Shown here: positions 10,201-21,511 of the stretch, piece by piece
Layout of the letters: every line of letters starts with the position of its first letter
Numbering within the stretch: the stretch's first letter is position 1
NCBI GenBank assembly: GCA_026770705.1
Contig: JANJGN010001343.1
Coordinates: forward strand, 62,001-126,000
Origin: Isurus oxyrinchus
Lineage: Eukaryota
Direction: 5' to 3'
Length of the DNA stretch: 64,000 nucleotides
Program-made: the position numbers and the translations under genes
Notes under the pieces: model-generated
What the model saw: only the letters and a program-made list of their open reading frames with translations
Told to the model about the DNA's origin: nothing
Database searches by the model: none

Positions 10201-13200
10201 ACTTGCCCCTGTGTCAATCTTGGTCAATAAAGGGGAGGTTGCAACTTTCTCAAGGCAGAAAATTGGAATCTTGGCCAATAGTGCAGGTGATGTGACAGCA
10301 TCTGTTCTCCGTGAGATCGATGGTGTAAAAGGTTTGAAATTGTTCAACAATTGTACAATACGTTGAGCACAACTGTTGCACAAACTCTAGGTTGGGGTTT
10401 TCCGGCACAGTCATGATGGGACCTGCCGTGGGAGATTGGACAAACATTGGCTTTCGGCTGGACTGGACAATCCTGGCAATGGGTGGGGCCAGAAAATCCC
10501 ACCCCTATGGGACATTTTCAGTTTATTTGATGTGCCCAGAGAGATCTTTAAAGACAACAATCCACAATTTATTGGCAAGCCACGCCAGGATATGTGTGAG
10601 AGGTGGAATATCGATCAGCGCTCCTCGTCTCACCGTGTACATCATCGCCATTTCCTGGTTTGTCAGTCACCACATGTATATGTTCCTGATGGAATAGCGG
10701 ATGGTCATTCTTATTGCTTGAAGGTTCCCCGTTGTGTAGGGTCTGTTTGGATCAGTGCACGGCTCTTTGTAGCTGCATGAGCCTTTGCTCTAGTGCCCTG
10801 CCGCTGTCAATGGCCCTTTCTGCCACAAGCCTTGCAGGATTGGTGGAAAGCTGGGCATTTCCTTGGTGCCTGCAGAAGGCCACACCTTCCACCTGTCTCA
10901 CTAGGTTTGGATGTTCTAGTGAGTGTGTCAACAATTGATGTTGTACTGAGGACCTGTAAGCTTCGTTGACCTGCGAGGATCACTTCGTATTTATGTCCAT
11001 CCTTGAGTAGCTCTTCAATGCTATAGGTTTTGGTCTTATCTAGCAGATCTCACCACGAGGGATCCGTCTGCTCCCCAGCTCTTTACTTGAGCTCTTTCCC
11101 ATCACTGTGTCTTCAAAGGTTTCCTGAGCAGTCAGTACACTGCGATTTCAACCCTCTCTGATGCTGTGTCTCTGTTATGGTCTGACCAAAGCGTTGAGGG
11201 TCGTCTCATGTCATGTAGCTCGATCTCAGGCTGTTCACCACGTCATACCTGTACTGAATCTTGCTGCCAGAATGTTTGGCCACCGCTGATCACCATGTTG
11301 TGTTTTTATAATGATATAAAGGCACCAGCCACTGATACGGAATTAGGTAAATACATTGTGGATTCTTTTATTTAGAATAGTGACATGAGAACAGATATAC
11401 AAGGATAGAAACTGGGAGACACCTGTGTGAGCTGTGTTCTGCTCACAGGCCAAAGTGAAACTTGGACTGGATGGTGTTATCATCCCAGCTGATGTTACTA
11501 CTGGGCAAGTCAGATCCCAGGGTGGAGCTCAGCTTGATAGGTCCTAACTTATATTTTTTATTTAGGAATGTGGAGTGCGGCTACTGAACAGAGTCACAGG
11601 AGTCATCTGATGAACTTCTAACAAAAGAATAAAACATTTATTAAACTAGGAAAGACAAACTATATTACATTACTCCTTCACCCAGACCTATACATTTACA
11701 GATATATACAGATTCATAAAGATAACGCAAGTTACAATAGCTATCTTATACTCTCATGTTCAAACTAAGTACACAGTCCATGTAAACCAATAGACGACCT
11801 GTGGTCAGGGGCACCACATTCTAAAATCAAGTGACAGAACCCACTTGAAACAAATGCTATGTCTCCCTCCTCATCTGACCCCAGACGCTTGTTACACTGT
11901 GAGCCAACCAGTCTCACTGAACTGAGATATCCACATGAGGGTTTCCAATCTCCACTCTCCAAGAACTCTCTTTGGAATCTTCTCCAACATGACACTTTCT
12001 CTCAGACACCTTCCACACGGGTCCACTTTCACTATTTCAAACTCTCCTTCCCATGTTCCTGCCCCCTGGATCGCCACGTGCATTCAGCCTTCCTTCCGCG
12101 CCCTGTCTCTCCAATGCTCAGCCGTGTCAATGGAACACCATGGCTTCACATGGCCGTAGTAATGAGTCACCAACCTGTGGTGTCTCCTAGGATCTTCTGG
12201 CTTCTCACAAGCCTATTTTGCTTTAGGTCTGTGTCCTGCTGCTTTCTCCCTTTATGCTTGAAGCCTTCTTCTGCTCCTCACTCTTAACTTCACTTAACAG
12301 GGCCTTTTCCAGATTTGACTAGAAGGTTTTCTTGGGCCCTTTCTCCTGTTCCACTCGATGGTTTTGGCTTCTTCTTTACTTTGGGACTGACTATCTGTCC
12401 CGCTCCTTTGCTGCTTCTCCTGGCAACTCCTTTCAACAGAACTGAAAGTACTTTTCTGTTTTTCTCGGTCTCTGTGGGTCTTTCCCTCTGGATCACTGTT
12501 GCTAGGCAACAGCATAGTTTTTTACACCTTGTGTTTGTTTTGACAGTCAGAAAACCTCAAAGGAATGCTGGCTTCTTTTAAAGTCAAATTCTATCTTTTC
12601 AAAACACCTAAACACAAAAATACAAACTAAACTTGAACTTAAAGATAGACCTTATGCCTAACACACAAATAGACACAGAGAACTGACTTAAGCCAACCGC
12701 CGTTCCTATAGATCACATGACACACTTCCCCTCGAGTGATGTCATGCTGCTATCCCTGAAAGGCATATTACAACAGTGTTATCACTTGGCAGGTGATGTG
12801 TGCCAGGCAGACCAAGTCCCTGAGAGAAAGGTGGTCACATGATCATAATGATTTTGCAATTTGTATTTATTATGAGATGTGTGCACTGAATTCAGAAGCA
12901 ATAAGTCCACCAAGAAATTTAGAGAATTAAAAAAATAAATTAAAATATTTGTCATCAAAATAAAAGATTTCAAGCACATACATAAGACTACAATGACAGC
13001 TATAATAACTCCTAAAATTCCTAATTAACCTGACTCCCAGTTACACTCCCGTTAAGGCAACAGTCCAAAAATAGATGTTAGATTTAAAACAAACTCAGCA
13101 AGTTAACCCAATGCCCTGGACAGTGGAATTCCAAATGGATTTTCCCCAACTTCAGTTCTGTTGGATAGCAGGCTTGTGCACAAACAGGGTCCTGAGGACC

Positions 13201-16200
13201 ATCAGCCAATGTAGAATGATCTTGTCAACTCCTGTGTCCAGGATTCTCTTCTAACCATTGTGATACCTTGTGGAGTTCCTTGTGTGTCCTGTAGATGGTC
13301 CACACTGCAGCCGATGTGCCCCAGTGATGGAGGGGGTGGATATCGAGTCTAGTGGATCTACAAATTATCAAGATTTAAATATTGATATTTCTCTCCCCAG
13401 TTGGACTGTCACAAGAATGGGAAAGTAACACTCCACGAGAGGTGACAGCACAGAAAGGTTCATGTGTACAGATTCCATGTCATTACAATTACCCATCACA
13501 TTTGTTAGAGAAAACACGTGTCGGAATCTGGAATATGAGAAGGGACAAATGGAATACATTGTCTATAGCCTTTCACTCCAAGCATCACAGTCACGAGTTA
13601 TCACGGTTCCACCATCGGACCCGGCTGTCTGGAGACCTGAAAGATGGCGACTGTTCTCTGATTATAAACAACATCAGATGGGGAGATGCAGGATTTTTTT
13701 TTTTCAGAATAGAATTTGACAATGGTCGGAGCCACAACTATTACCCTGAAACCCTGCTTCACGTTTCTGGTAAGTGCTGTGTTATAATTACTCAACAATT
13801 CACATCCAACACTCAATGGGAGATAATAGTGTTTGATTTGCTTGTTTTTTGGCCGTGTTAACCAGCGTCACTATTTTTAATGATTTGTCTATTTCTGCTC
13901 CCAGATCCATGAGCTTATTGTGTGTGATTGAATCCACATCATAGCTGTAACGTAAACCGAGCTGAGGGGTGATGACACCTCCCCCCTGAGTGAAGTGTCT
14001 CCTCCCCACTACACCTTCCACCCCTCACACCGTCAGGTCTGACCTGGTGACAGTGCGGAGCTTATCACCAAATCACACCTTGGCTTGACCCCCACCCCCA
14101 CCTCCTCTGGCACTTTCTCCTCCTTTGAATATCTCACAGTGTTCCACCCCTCTCATCTCTCCTTCTAACTTCTCGTTCTCTATCGCCGATCACTCCAGGA
14201 ATGATAAACATCTTCGCCCCAGGATATCTTCACTGCTTTCCTCCCTCAGTCTCTGCACCGACTGAATTCCCATCCTCGGAGATCTCAATCTCCATCTCAT
14301 CTCATCCCGCTCGGTTATTCCAACTCACTCCTGGCTGGTCTCGCACATTCCACCCTCTGTAAACTTGGGGTCATCTAAAACTCAGCTGCCCCTGTCTTAA
14401 CCAGCAGTAACTCACGTTCCCCTATCCCCCCCTCGACTCTCTGACCTTGAATGGCTCCTGGACAAGCAATGTCTTGATTTCAAAATGCTTGTCCTTGCTT
14501 CCTCTCTATCTCTGTAATCTCCTCCTGTGCTACAGCCTTCCCAGATTTCTGCACTCCTCTACCTCTGGACTCTTCAGCATCCCTGATTTCCATCGCTCCA
14601 GCATGGACGGCCAAGCCTTCAGTAGCCTGGGTCCTGAGACTTAAATCCTTTCATCTTTCTATCTCCTCCTTTAAGGTGCTCCTTTAAACCCACCTCTTCA
14701 ACCAAAGTTCTGATTATCTGACCTAATATCTCCTTATATGGCGTGGGACCATACTTTCTATTATAATGCTCCTGTGGAGCACCTTGGCATGTTATATTAC
14801 AATATAGGCACTATATAAATATAATCTATTGTTCTATGCTCCTCTAGACCATTTAGATTCTTAATTTTGAGTTAACATGCAACCTGATAACCTGGTGATA
14901 GCTTCCAGTTCAGTCCAAAAGCAAACTCTAATAATCACGTTTAATATCAATGATTAAATGTATTGACTGTGTCCATCAATGTTATCAGCTTATCCACTCC
15001 CATCAATCTCTCTAATCCTGTCTCGAAGTCTGACATATCGACAGAAGAATGATTCACATTTCTGTAGCACCTTTCACCACCTCAGCACGGACCAAATCAC
15101 TTCACAGCCAATGAGCTGATTCCTGAATTGTAGTTACTGTTGTAATGTGGGAAACACAGCAACCAATTTGCGCACAGCAAGCTCCCACAAATTGACAAGT
15201 AACAAATGGCCCATATCGCTGAGTGAATGATGGGGTAGTGCACTCCAAACTCTGGTCTGCTCCTCCACCCTCACCCACTATTATCAGTTCAAGTTTCTCG
15301 GAGTGAACGTATATTAAGCTGAGAGAGAGAAACACCAAAGTCTCAAAGCAGGAAATTCTCTCCTGATCATTGTAACCTCTCAGATCTGATATCATCCTTG
15401 TAAAAGTGCTTTCTCTTGTGGGGCTGTGATTTCTATTTGAACTGATGCTTCACGTTATATTTCTCTAAAAGGATCCATTCCCTGTCTGTTAGATTTCACA
15501 GATAAACCCACGATATTCCCTGCTGAAATTATTGCAGGAAAGCGTGTGGATGTAAGCTGCACCTTCAACACAACGTGCAATGGAACAGCAGCACCTGTCT
15601 TAAACTGGGACATTCCCACTGACGTACCTGGATCAGTCTCAAACACTGTAACTCAGCATGGTGTCACTCTGACCTATACTTCTGTTCTGACCCTGATCCC
15701 ATCACTCAAACACCACGGACACAATCTCAGCTGCAGAGTGAGATATCCATCTGTTTCATCGGAGCGGACCCTCGTACTAACTGTGCAAGGTAAGTATGGA
15801 CACCCTTCATTCTACATCAGCACTCCCTCAGCGCTGACCCTCTGACAGTGCAGCCCGTTCTCAGTATCCATATTCTCAGGCCACTCAAATTTGCTTCACA
15901 GTCGATAGAAGTTAACTGATCTTTAATTGATTATTGCTGAATGAAGGGACAAGCTGTCTAAACTTTACAGCTTGCACACGTTATTTTCCATGGCAACACC
16001 TCCTCTCATCAGAGACCACTTGCCAACCAATCAGCACTCTCTTCCCTTTAAATATAAATTGTTGTTCATTTTCTGTTGGTAAACCTGCGAGCTGTCTTGT
16101 TGAGTCCTGCCCTGACATCTCAATATCACAATGAACAGAACAAGTTCCAACAATGAGCTGTGGTTGGTGATTCCTCACATTACATCCAGGGACACTGGAG

Positions 16201-17526
16201 ACTATCAATGTGTGGCAGAGAATGAACATGGAGCAGTGGAGGTGTCCATAACCATCACTGTGGAACGTGAGTGTACACAGACTTCAACATCACTCTCAGG
16301 TTCAAACACTACACAAATACAAACAAATATACAGACCTAAGCAGACACCTGCAGACACACAATCCCACATGTATGAGCACACACAAAGACACACTCACAA
16401 ACAAACACACTATCACAATCTGCCCTGTGGGTTACCTGACCTCCCTCAGTGCTGCACCGGAGTATTGACCTAGATTCTGGGTTTTGTGTTCCCTTTCATA
16501 TTTATGGAAGAATATGGAAATTGCAAAGTCTATTACAGACACTCAGATGCACAGAGATACTCACAGATACTCTCTGCCTCTCCAACTCTCTATCCTCCTT
16601 TAAGAAGTTTCCTGAAACCTAATCCTTTGACCAGTCACCTGTCCTAAAACCTCTTACGTGATTTTGTGTGAAATTTTGTTTGAGTATCTGAGAGTAAGTG
16701 AGAGGTGGAGAGGTTTAGGAAGGGAATTCCTGTTGGTGAAAAGCTTACATCATGTTCTCAGCTTTCCAGTGCCCATTTTTCACATGATGTCCAATGTCCT
16801 TGTTCATAATGGGGATTGCCTATGTAAACGTCACGCTGTAGTTACACTCTCCCACCAGTGGTGGCACGGTAACATTTATCCCTTGCATCTCCAAGCTTTT
16901 CAAGCAATTTCCCTTCCTAATTTGCTACTATTCACCTCAACCACTCCCAGTGGGAGCGAGTTCCACATTCTCCCCTCTCTCTGGGTAAAGATTGGAACTG
17001 TTTATTAAGCGGGGGGTGTAAGTCCGTGAGGGAGTCCATCTCGATCCTGCCCGATTCGCACACGCGTCCGAGATGGATTTCCACCCTGCACTAAACGTTT
17101 CCAGAATTTTCTACAGCACAATCCTGTACACAGCGATGGAGAGAAACATTGGACAGGGAGTCAAACAGCACAATGATCCATTCTCACCAATGTTCCACGC
17201 TAAGGGGAAAGTTCCGATTGTCCACTCTTAGAGTGTTTACAATGAAAACATTCATTCCACATTGAATCCCAGTGGATGGGTCAATATTACAGCAAATGTT
17301 GCAGTGATATGAAGCTTGATTGTTCAGCCAGAGTGAGAGATTGAAAGCGGAGAGTCAGTGATGATTTCTTTCTGTGTGTTCTCTAGATAGTGGAGGAGAG
17401 ATTCTGCACGTGATCCTGATCCTGGGAATACGAGCTGTGATATTCCTTGTGGCTGTGGTTATCACTATCGCTGGAGTCTGTGTCTGGGAGAGACAAACAG
17501 TGAAAGGAAGTCGACAGACTGTTTAA
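7175..17526 (+). CDS. Siglec-like gene A, activating-type (leader-V-C2-TM with Arg, short tail); join(7175..7214,13401..13769,15493..15789,17387..17526), about 281 aa
   Basis: All junctions are GT-AG and phase 1, giving an open 846-nt CDS if the broken third Ig exon is skipped. Siglec Cys pattern and F-strand Arg are present. Confidence 0.72.
8300..11490 (-). mobile_element. Degenerate Ty3/Gypsy LTR retrotransposon in the leader-V intron
   Basis: Minus-strand remnants: gag zinc knuckles (GRCG...KCPAFHQSCKACGRKGH), protease KIDTGASAN, integrase pieces (WPGMNNDLEVVVGKYEACQE; IHTVKSLILKCRQTKQDPHIAMLHLRSTP), and a PBS-like CA|TGGTGATCAG at about 11296. Many stops and frameshifts. Confidence 0.8.
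8745..9062 (+). mobile_element. tRNA-derived SINE nested in the Gypsy integrase
   Basis: A box TGGTGTAGTGG (8752-8762), B box GGTTCAAATCC (8816-8826), CR1-like tail (agggatgggtaataaatcctggcc). Confidence 0.72.
11493..13200. mobile_element. LTR-like interspersed repeat(s)
   Basis: Recurs at 24895-26560 and 62824-64000. Its 3' part is an inverted homologue of the insertion at 43007-43899. Confidence 0.5.
13401..13769 (+). CDS. Siglec V-set Ig exon V1 (essential Arg present)
   Basis: Acceptor ctctccccag and donor G|GTAAGT, 369 nt. Motifs GSCVQIPC (Siglec inter- and intradomain Cys), W, GDLKDGDCSL, DAGFFFFRIE (Arg codon 13706-13708). Confidence 0.92.
14030..14830 (+). mobile_element. L2-like LINE fragments
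   Basis: Pyrimidine-rich L2-type sequence ending in the ggcactatataaat tail; related to 27430-28400. Confidence 0.5.
15493..15789 (+). CDS. Siglec C2-set Ig exon (domain 2) of gene A
   Basis: ttag|ATTTC...CAAG|GTAAGT, 297 nt, phase 1-1. Encodes DFTDKPTIFPAEIIAGKRVDVSCTFNTTCNGT..W..SVLTLIPSLKHHGHNLSCRV, including the extra Cys that pairs with the V domain in Siglecs. Confidence 0.92.
16116..16266 (+). pseudogene. 5'-truncated third Ig (C2) exon of gene A
   Basis: HLNITMNRTSSNNELWLVIPHITSRDTGDYQCVAENEHGAVEVSITITVE with donor C|GTGAGT. In-frame TGA at 16113; first Cys, Trp and acceptor are missing, replaced by repeat-like sequence. Confidence 0.8.
17387..17526 (+). CDS. TM/terminal exon of gene A: DSGGEILHVILILGIRAVIFLVAVVITIAGVCVWERQTVKGSRQTV*
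   Basis: Acceptor tttctttctgtgtgttctctag, phase 1, hydrophobic helix with Arg (CGA 17431-17433), 12-aa Tyr-free tail, TAA at 17524-17526, AATAAA at 18507. Confidence 0.82.
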
Positions 17527-17544
17527 AGATTTGTACGCAACAAT

Positions 17545-18150
17545 CTCGTCATGGAACAGAAGGACGGCATTTGGCCCATCGACTCCATGCTGTCTCTCTG
17601 TAGAGCAATCCAGTCAGTCCCATTCCCCCGCTCTATCCCCGTATCCCTTCAAGTTTATTTCCCCTCAAGTGTCCATCCAATTTCCTTTTGAAATCATTCA
17701 TCGTCTCCGCTTCCACCATCCTCGTAGGCAGCGAGTTCCAGCTCATTACCACTCGCGGTGTAAAAAAGTTCCTCCTCACATCCCCCTCTGCCCACAACCT
17801 TCAATCTGTGTCCCCCAGTCCTTGTCCAATCAGCTAATAGCAACAGCTTCTCTTCGTCTACCTGATCTAAACCCATCATCATCTTGTACACCTCGATCAG
17901 ATCCCCCCTCAATCTCCTTTGCTCCAAGGAGAACAACCCCAGCTTCTCCAACCCAACCTTGTAGCTAAAATCCCTCATCCCTGGACCCATTCTGCTCAAT
18001 CTCCTCCCCACCCTCTCAAGGACCCTCACTTCCTTCCCAAAGTGAGGAGACCAGAACTGGACACAATACTCTAGTTGTGACCTAACCAGAGCTTTATAAA
18101 TGTTCAGCATAACCTCCCTGTGTTTGTACTCAATGCCTCGATTTATGAAA
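17545..18150 (-). mobile_element. CR1 LINE 3' fragment
   Basis: ORF IYKALVRSQLEYCVQFWSPH...LEKLGLFSLEQRRLRGDLIEVYK. Confidence 0.92.
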
Positions 18151-18869
18151 AGCTAATTCTTTCCATCAGCACAAACAACAATTTCCAAGCGGACTCCCAT
18201 CAGCAGACAGAGTGCAATGAAACATCGGCATGTCTGCTTCTTAATGTACGGAGAGAAACCTGGAACGAGAGATTCTCCTTCTTCTCCTCAGCAAGCTGAA
18301 ACTTTTCCTTATACCTGGTGCTCCCCAGTCCTGCTGTGTGGACACATCATAACCACGGCATTGTCTGGCTGTGTGCAGCAAACATGGTCGAATAGGAATG
18401 AACAGAAATGTGACGTTGCTAAACTCTGTTCTCTGATTGGAATGTGCTTTCTGAATGCTGCACCTTTTTCATGCTGCGATAGATTGTAAGAAGCATTTGG
18501 GTTATGAATAAAATTACATTGATTAACACAAGTGATTAAAATGCTCAGCCTGTTCTGTAGATATTTATAGATTAAAATTCTTATTTTGAAGCCAAATTTT
18601 TGGTTCAAAGACATTACTTCATGTTGTCACATTTTTTCTATCATACGAATTCCTGTGCCCATCTTTATAATAGAAATTTCCCATGTAAACATGTCACATT
18701 GTAGATTCACACTCCTGCCAGTGGTGGTGCCATTCCAAACCTGTCTTGCTGCACCGACACCGTGAGAAATATTCTCGACGTGTACATGATGTTGTTGTTA
18801 CACAGACATCAGGCGGAACCTTGGGCAGTGCCTAGAATGCACTTAGGACAGTGCAGACCACGCTCAGAA

Positions 18870-20652
18870 CTGACAGTGCAGCGTTTCCTCAGTGCTGACC
18901 CTCCGTCAGTGCAGCGCTCCCTCATTACTGTCCCTCTGACAGTGCTGCACTACCTCATTATTGACCCTTTTCAAGTGCAGCACCCCGTCAGCACTGACCT
19001 TCTGACAGTGCAGCACTCCCTCATGGATGACAATCTGACAGTGCAGCACTCCCTCAGTACTCACTCACCCACAGTGCAGCATTCCCTCAGTACTGATCCT
19101 CTGATACTGTATCCCTCCCTCACTACTGACCTTCTGACAGTTTGGCACTCCCTCGGTACACACCTTCTGACTGTGCAGCACTCCCACAGTGCTGACAAAC
19201 TGACAGTGCAGCATTCCCTCAGTTGTGACCCTCTGACACTGTATCCCTCCCTCACTACTGACCTTCCGACAGTTCAGCACTCCCTCAGTACTGACGCTCC
19301 CACAGTGCAGCACTCCCTCACTTCTCACCCTCCCACAGTGCAGCCCTCCCTCTGTACACACCCTCCCACAGTGCAGCCCTCCCTCAGTACTCACTCTCCC
19401 GAAGTGCTGTGCGAGTTGTTTCAATCAAGCCTGGTGCCCAAAGAGGGAGGTTTCATTGCTAAATCATTGAAATCCGTGAAAATTATTTTTAGGCTTACGC
19501 GAACAAGACTTAGGTCCTCAAATCCTTTCTTTTGCAATAACACACAGTACAAGAATCTCTTTTTAAATAAATTCCAGTTAAACTTTGCCATGAAAGGATA
19601 TCTCCTCACGCTCCGCTCTACCTCAGTACTAACCCTCCCACAGTCCGGCACACTCTCAATACTGACCCTCCAATTGTGCGGAACTCACTCAGTACAGACC
19701 CTCCGACAGTGCAGCACTCCCACATTAGTGACCCTCTAACAGTGCAGCCCTCCCACATTACTGACCCTCTGACAGTGCAGCACTCCCTCATTACTGACCA
19801 TCTGACAGTGCAGACCTCCCACATTACTGACCCTCTGACAGTGCAGCCCTCCCACATTACTGAGCCTCTGACAGTGCAGCCCTCCGACATTACTGACCCT
19901 CTGACAGTGCAGCACTCCCTCATTACTGAACCTCTGACAGTGCAGCACTCCCTCAGTACTCACCCTCCCACTGTGCAGCACTCCCTCAGTACTCACCCTC
20001 CCACAGTGCAGCACTCCCTCAGTACTCACCCTCCCACAGTGCAGCACTCCCTCAGTACTCACCCTCCCACTGTGCTGTGCGAGTTGTTTCAATCAAGACT
20101 TTCGCCCAAAGAGGCAGGTTTTAATGCTAAATCATTGAAATCTGTGAAAATTATTTTTAGGCTTACGGGAACAAGACTTAGTTCCTCAAATCCTTTCTTT
20201 TGCAATAACACACAGTACAAGAATTGTGTTTAAATATATTCCAGTTAAACTTTGCCATGAAAGGATATATCCTCACACTCCACTCTACCTCAGTACTAAC
20301 CCTCCCACAGTCCGGCACCTCCTCAATACTGACCCTCCAACTGTGCGGAACTCACTCAGTACAGACCCTCCGACAATTCAGCACTCCCACATTACTTACA
20401 CTCTGATAGTGCAGCACTCCCTCATTACTGACCCTCTGATGTTGCAGCACTCCCACATTACTGACCCTCTGACAGTGCAGACCTCCCACATTACTGACCC
20501 TCTGATAGTGCAGCCCTCCCACAGTACAGTGCCGCTGACAGTGCAGCACTCCCTCAGTACTGACACTCTGACAGTGCAGACTCCCTCAGTACTGACCCTC
20601 TGATAGTGCAGCCCTCCCACAGTACAGTCCCACTGACAGTGCAGCACTCCCT
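18870..20652 (+). repeat. 33-bp satellite array with two copies of a ~200-bp unique insert
   Basis: TVQHSLSTDPL-type periodic translation; inserts at about 19403-19607 and 20071-20275. Confidence 0.9.
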
Positions 20653-20874
20653 CCTTAATGATAACAGGGATCGTTGAAATGTATCATAAGGCCAGAGACC
20701 AGTATTGGGAACTCTTATCGCCTGAGTTTCAGCCTCCGAGGTGAGGGGGAGGAGTCTAATCCCACGGAGCCAATGGAGAAGCTTGATGACTACAGCTGCC
20801 CAAATATGAGCTGACAGATCATCACATGGTAAACGTTTTGCTGAGAGCACAAAACATCCTCGATCTTCTCACTG

Positions 20875-21021
20875 GTTACCCACTTCCACATTTTGTCTCA
20901 CAGTGACACATCCACCCTTTCTAATTAAACACACAGAGGGAGCAGCACAGGAAGAGGTCATTCAGCCCAAGCAGAGCGTGTGGGCAGTTCCTCCCCAGGC
21001 GAGCAGTCGGACATGTCCTGG
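20875..21021 (+). promoter_or_regulatory. Putative promoter and first exon of gene B
   Basis: Exon X copy with donor at 21022, ETS motif variant cacttccacatttt, and an upstream ATG at 21013. Confidence 0.55.
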
Positions 21022-21471
21022 GTAAGTAACGGAACAATTGGAATTCACTTCCACGACCAACACCGTCCTTTGTTGATGTTGTGACTTTATAAAGACAGAT
21101 TCCAATGATTGATGCCTTTGAAAGATTTCTACTGGTTATTGAGATCTGGGTGTGAGACTCAAGTCTGTTGTATGGAACATCTTTCTAGCTCAAGGGATGA
21201 GGGAAGTGCAGAGACATGAGCTTTGGGATGTCTTGAGGTGGTGAAAGGTGCTATAGAAATGCAAATCCTTCAATGTTTTTCTTTCTTAAAGCCTTGTAAC
21301 TCTCTGCAGAGCACCTATCATCCCACAGAGAATCAAATTAGTCTGTCAAGACATTGTCCAAAAACAGTTCTGATCTCTTGAGAGCTGTCGGACAAGAGAT
21401 GAGGTCTCATTAACTCCTTTCTCTTTCAGAGTTTGAGAGTCAGAAGCTTATGAAGTATCTGGGAGTGGACA

Positions 21472-21511
21472 ATGATCGGGAAATCCTACTTCCTCCTGTC
21501 ACTTCTCCACG
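21472..21511 (+). CDS. Leader exon of gene B (MIGKSYFLLSLLH)
   Basis: Acceptor ctctttcag at 21429, ATG at 21472, donor G|GTAATA. Confidence 0.78.

Noticed and set aside
18715-18730. CTCF site in ccagtggtggtgc
   Set aside because: Spacing does not fit the CCASYAGRKGGC core.
18762-20652. 325-aa ORF and CRISPR-like periodicity of the 33-bp repeats
   Set aside because: Head-to-tail satellite without unique spacers, no cas genes, eukaryotic context.
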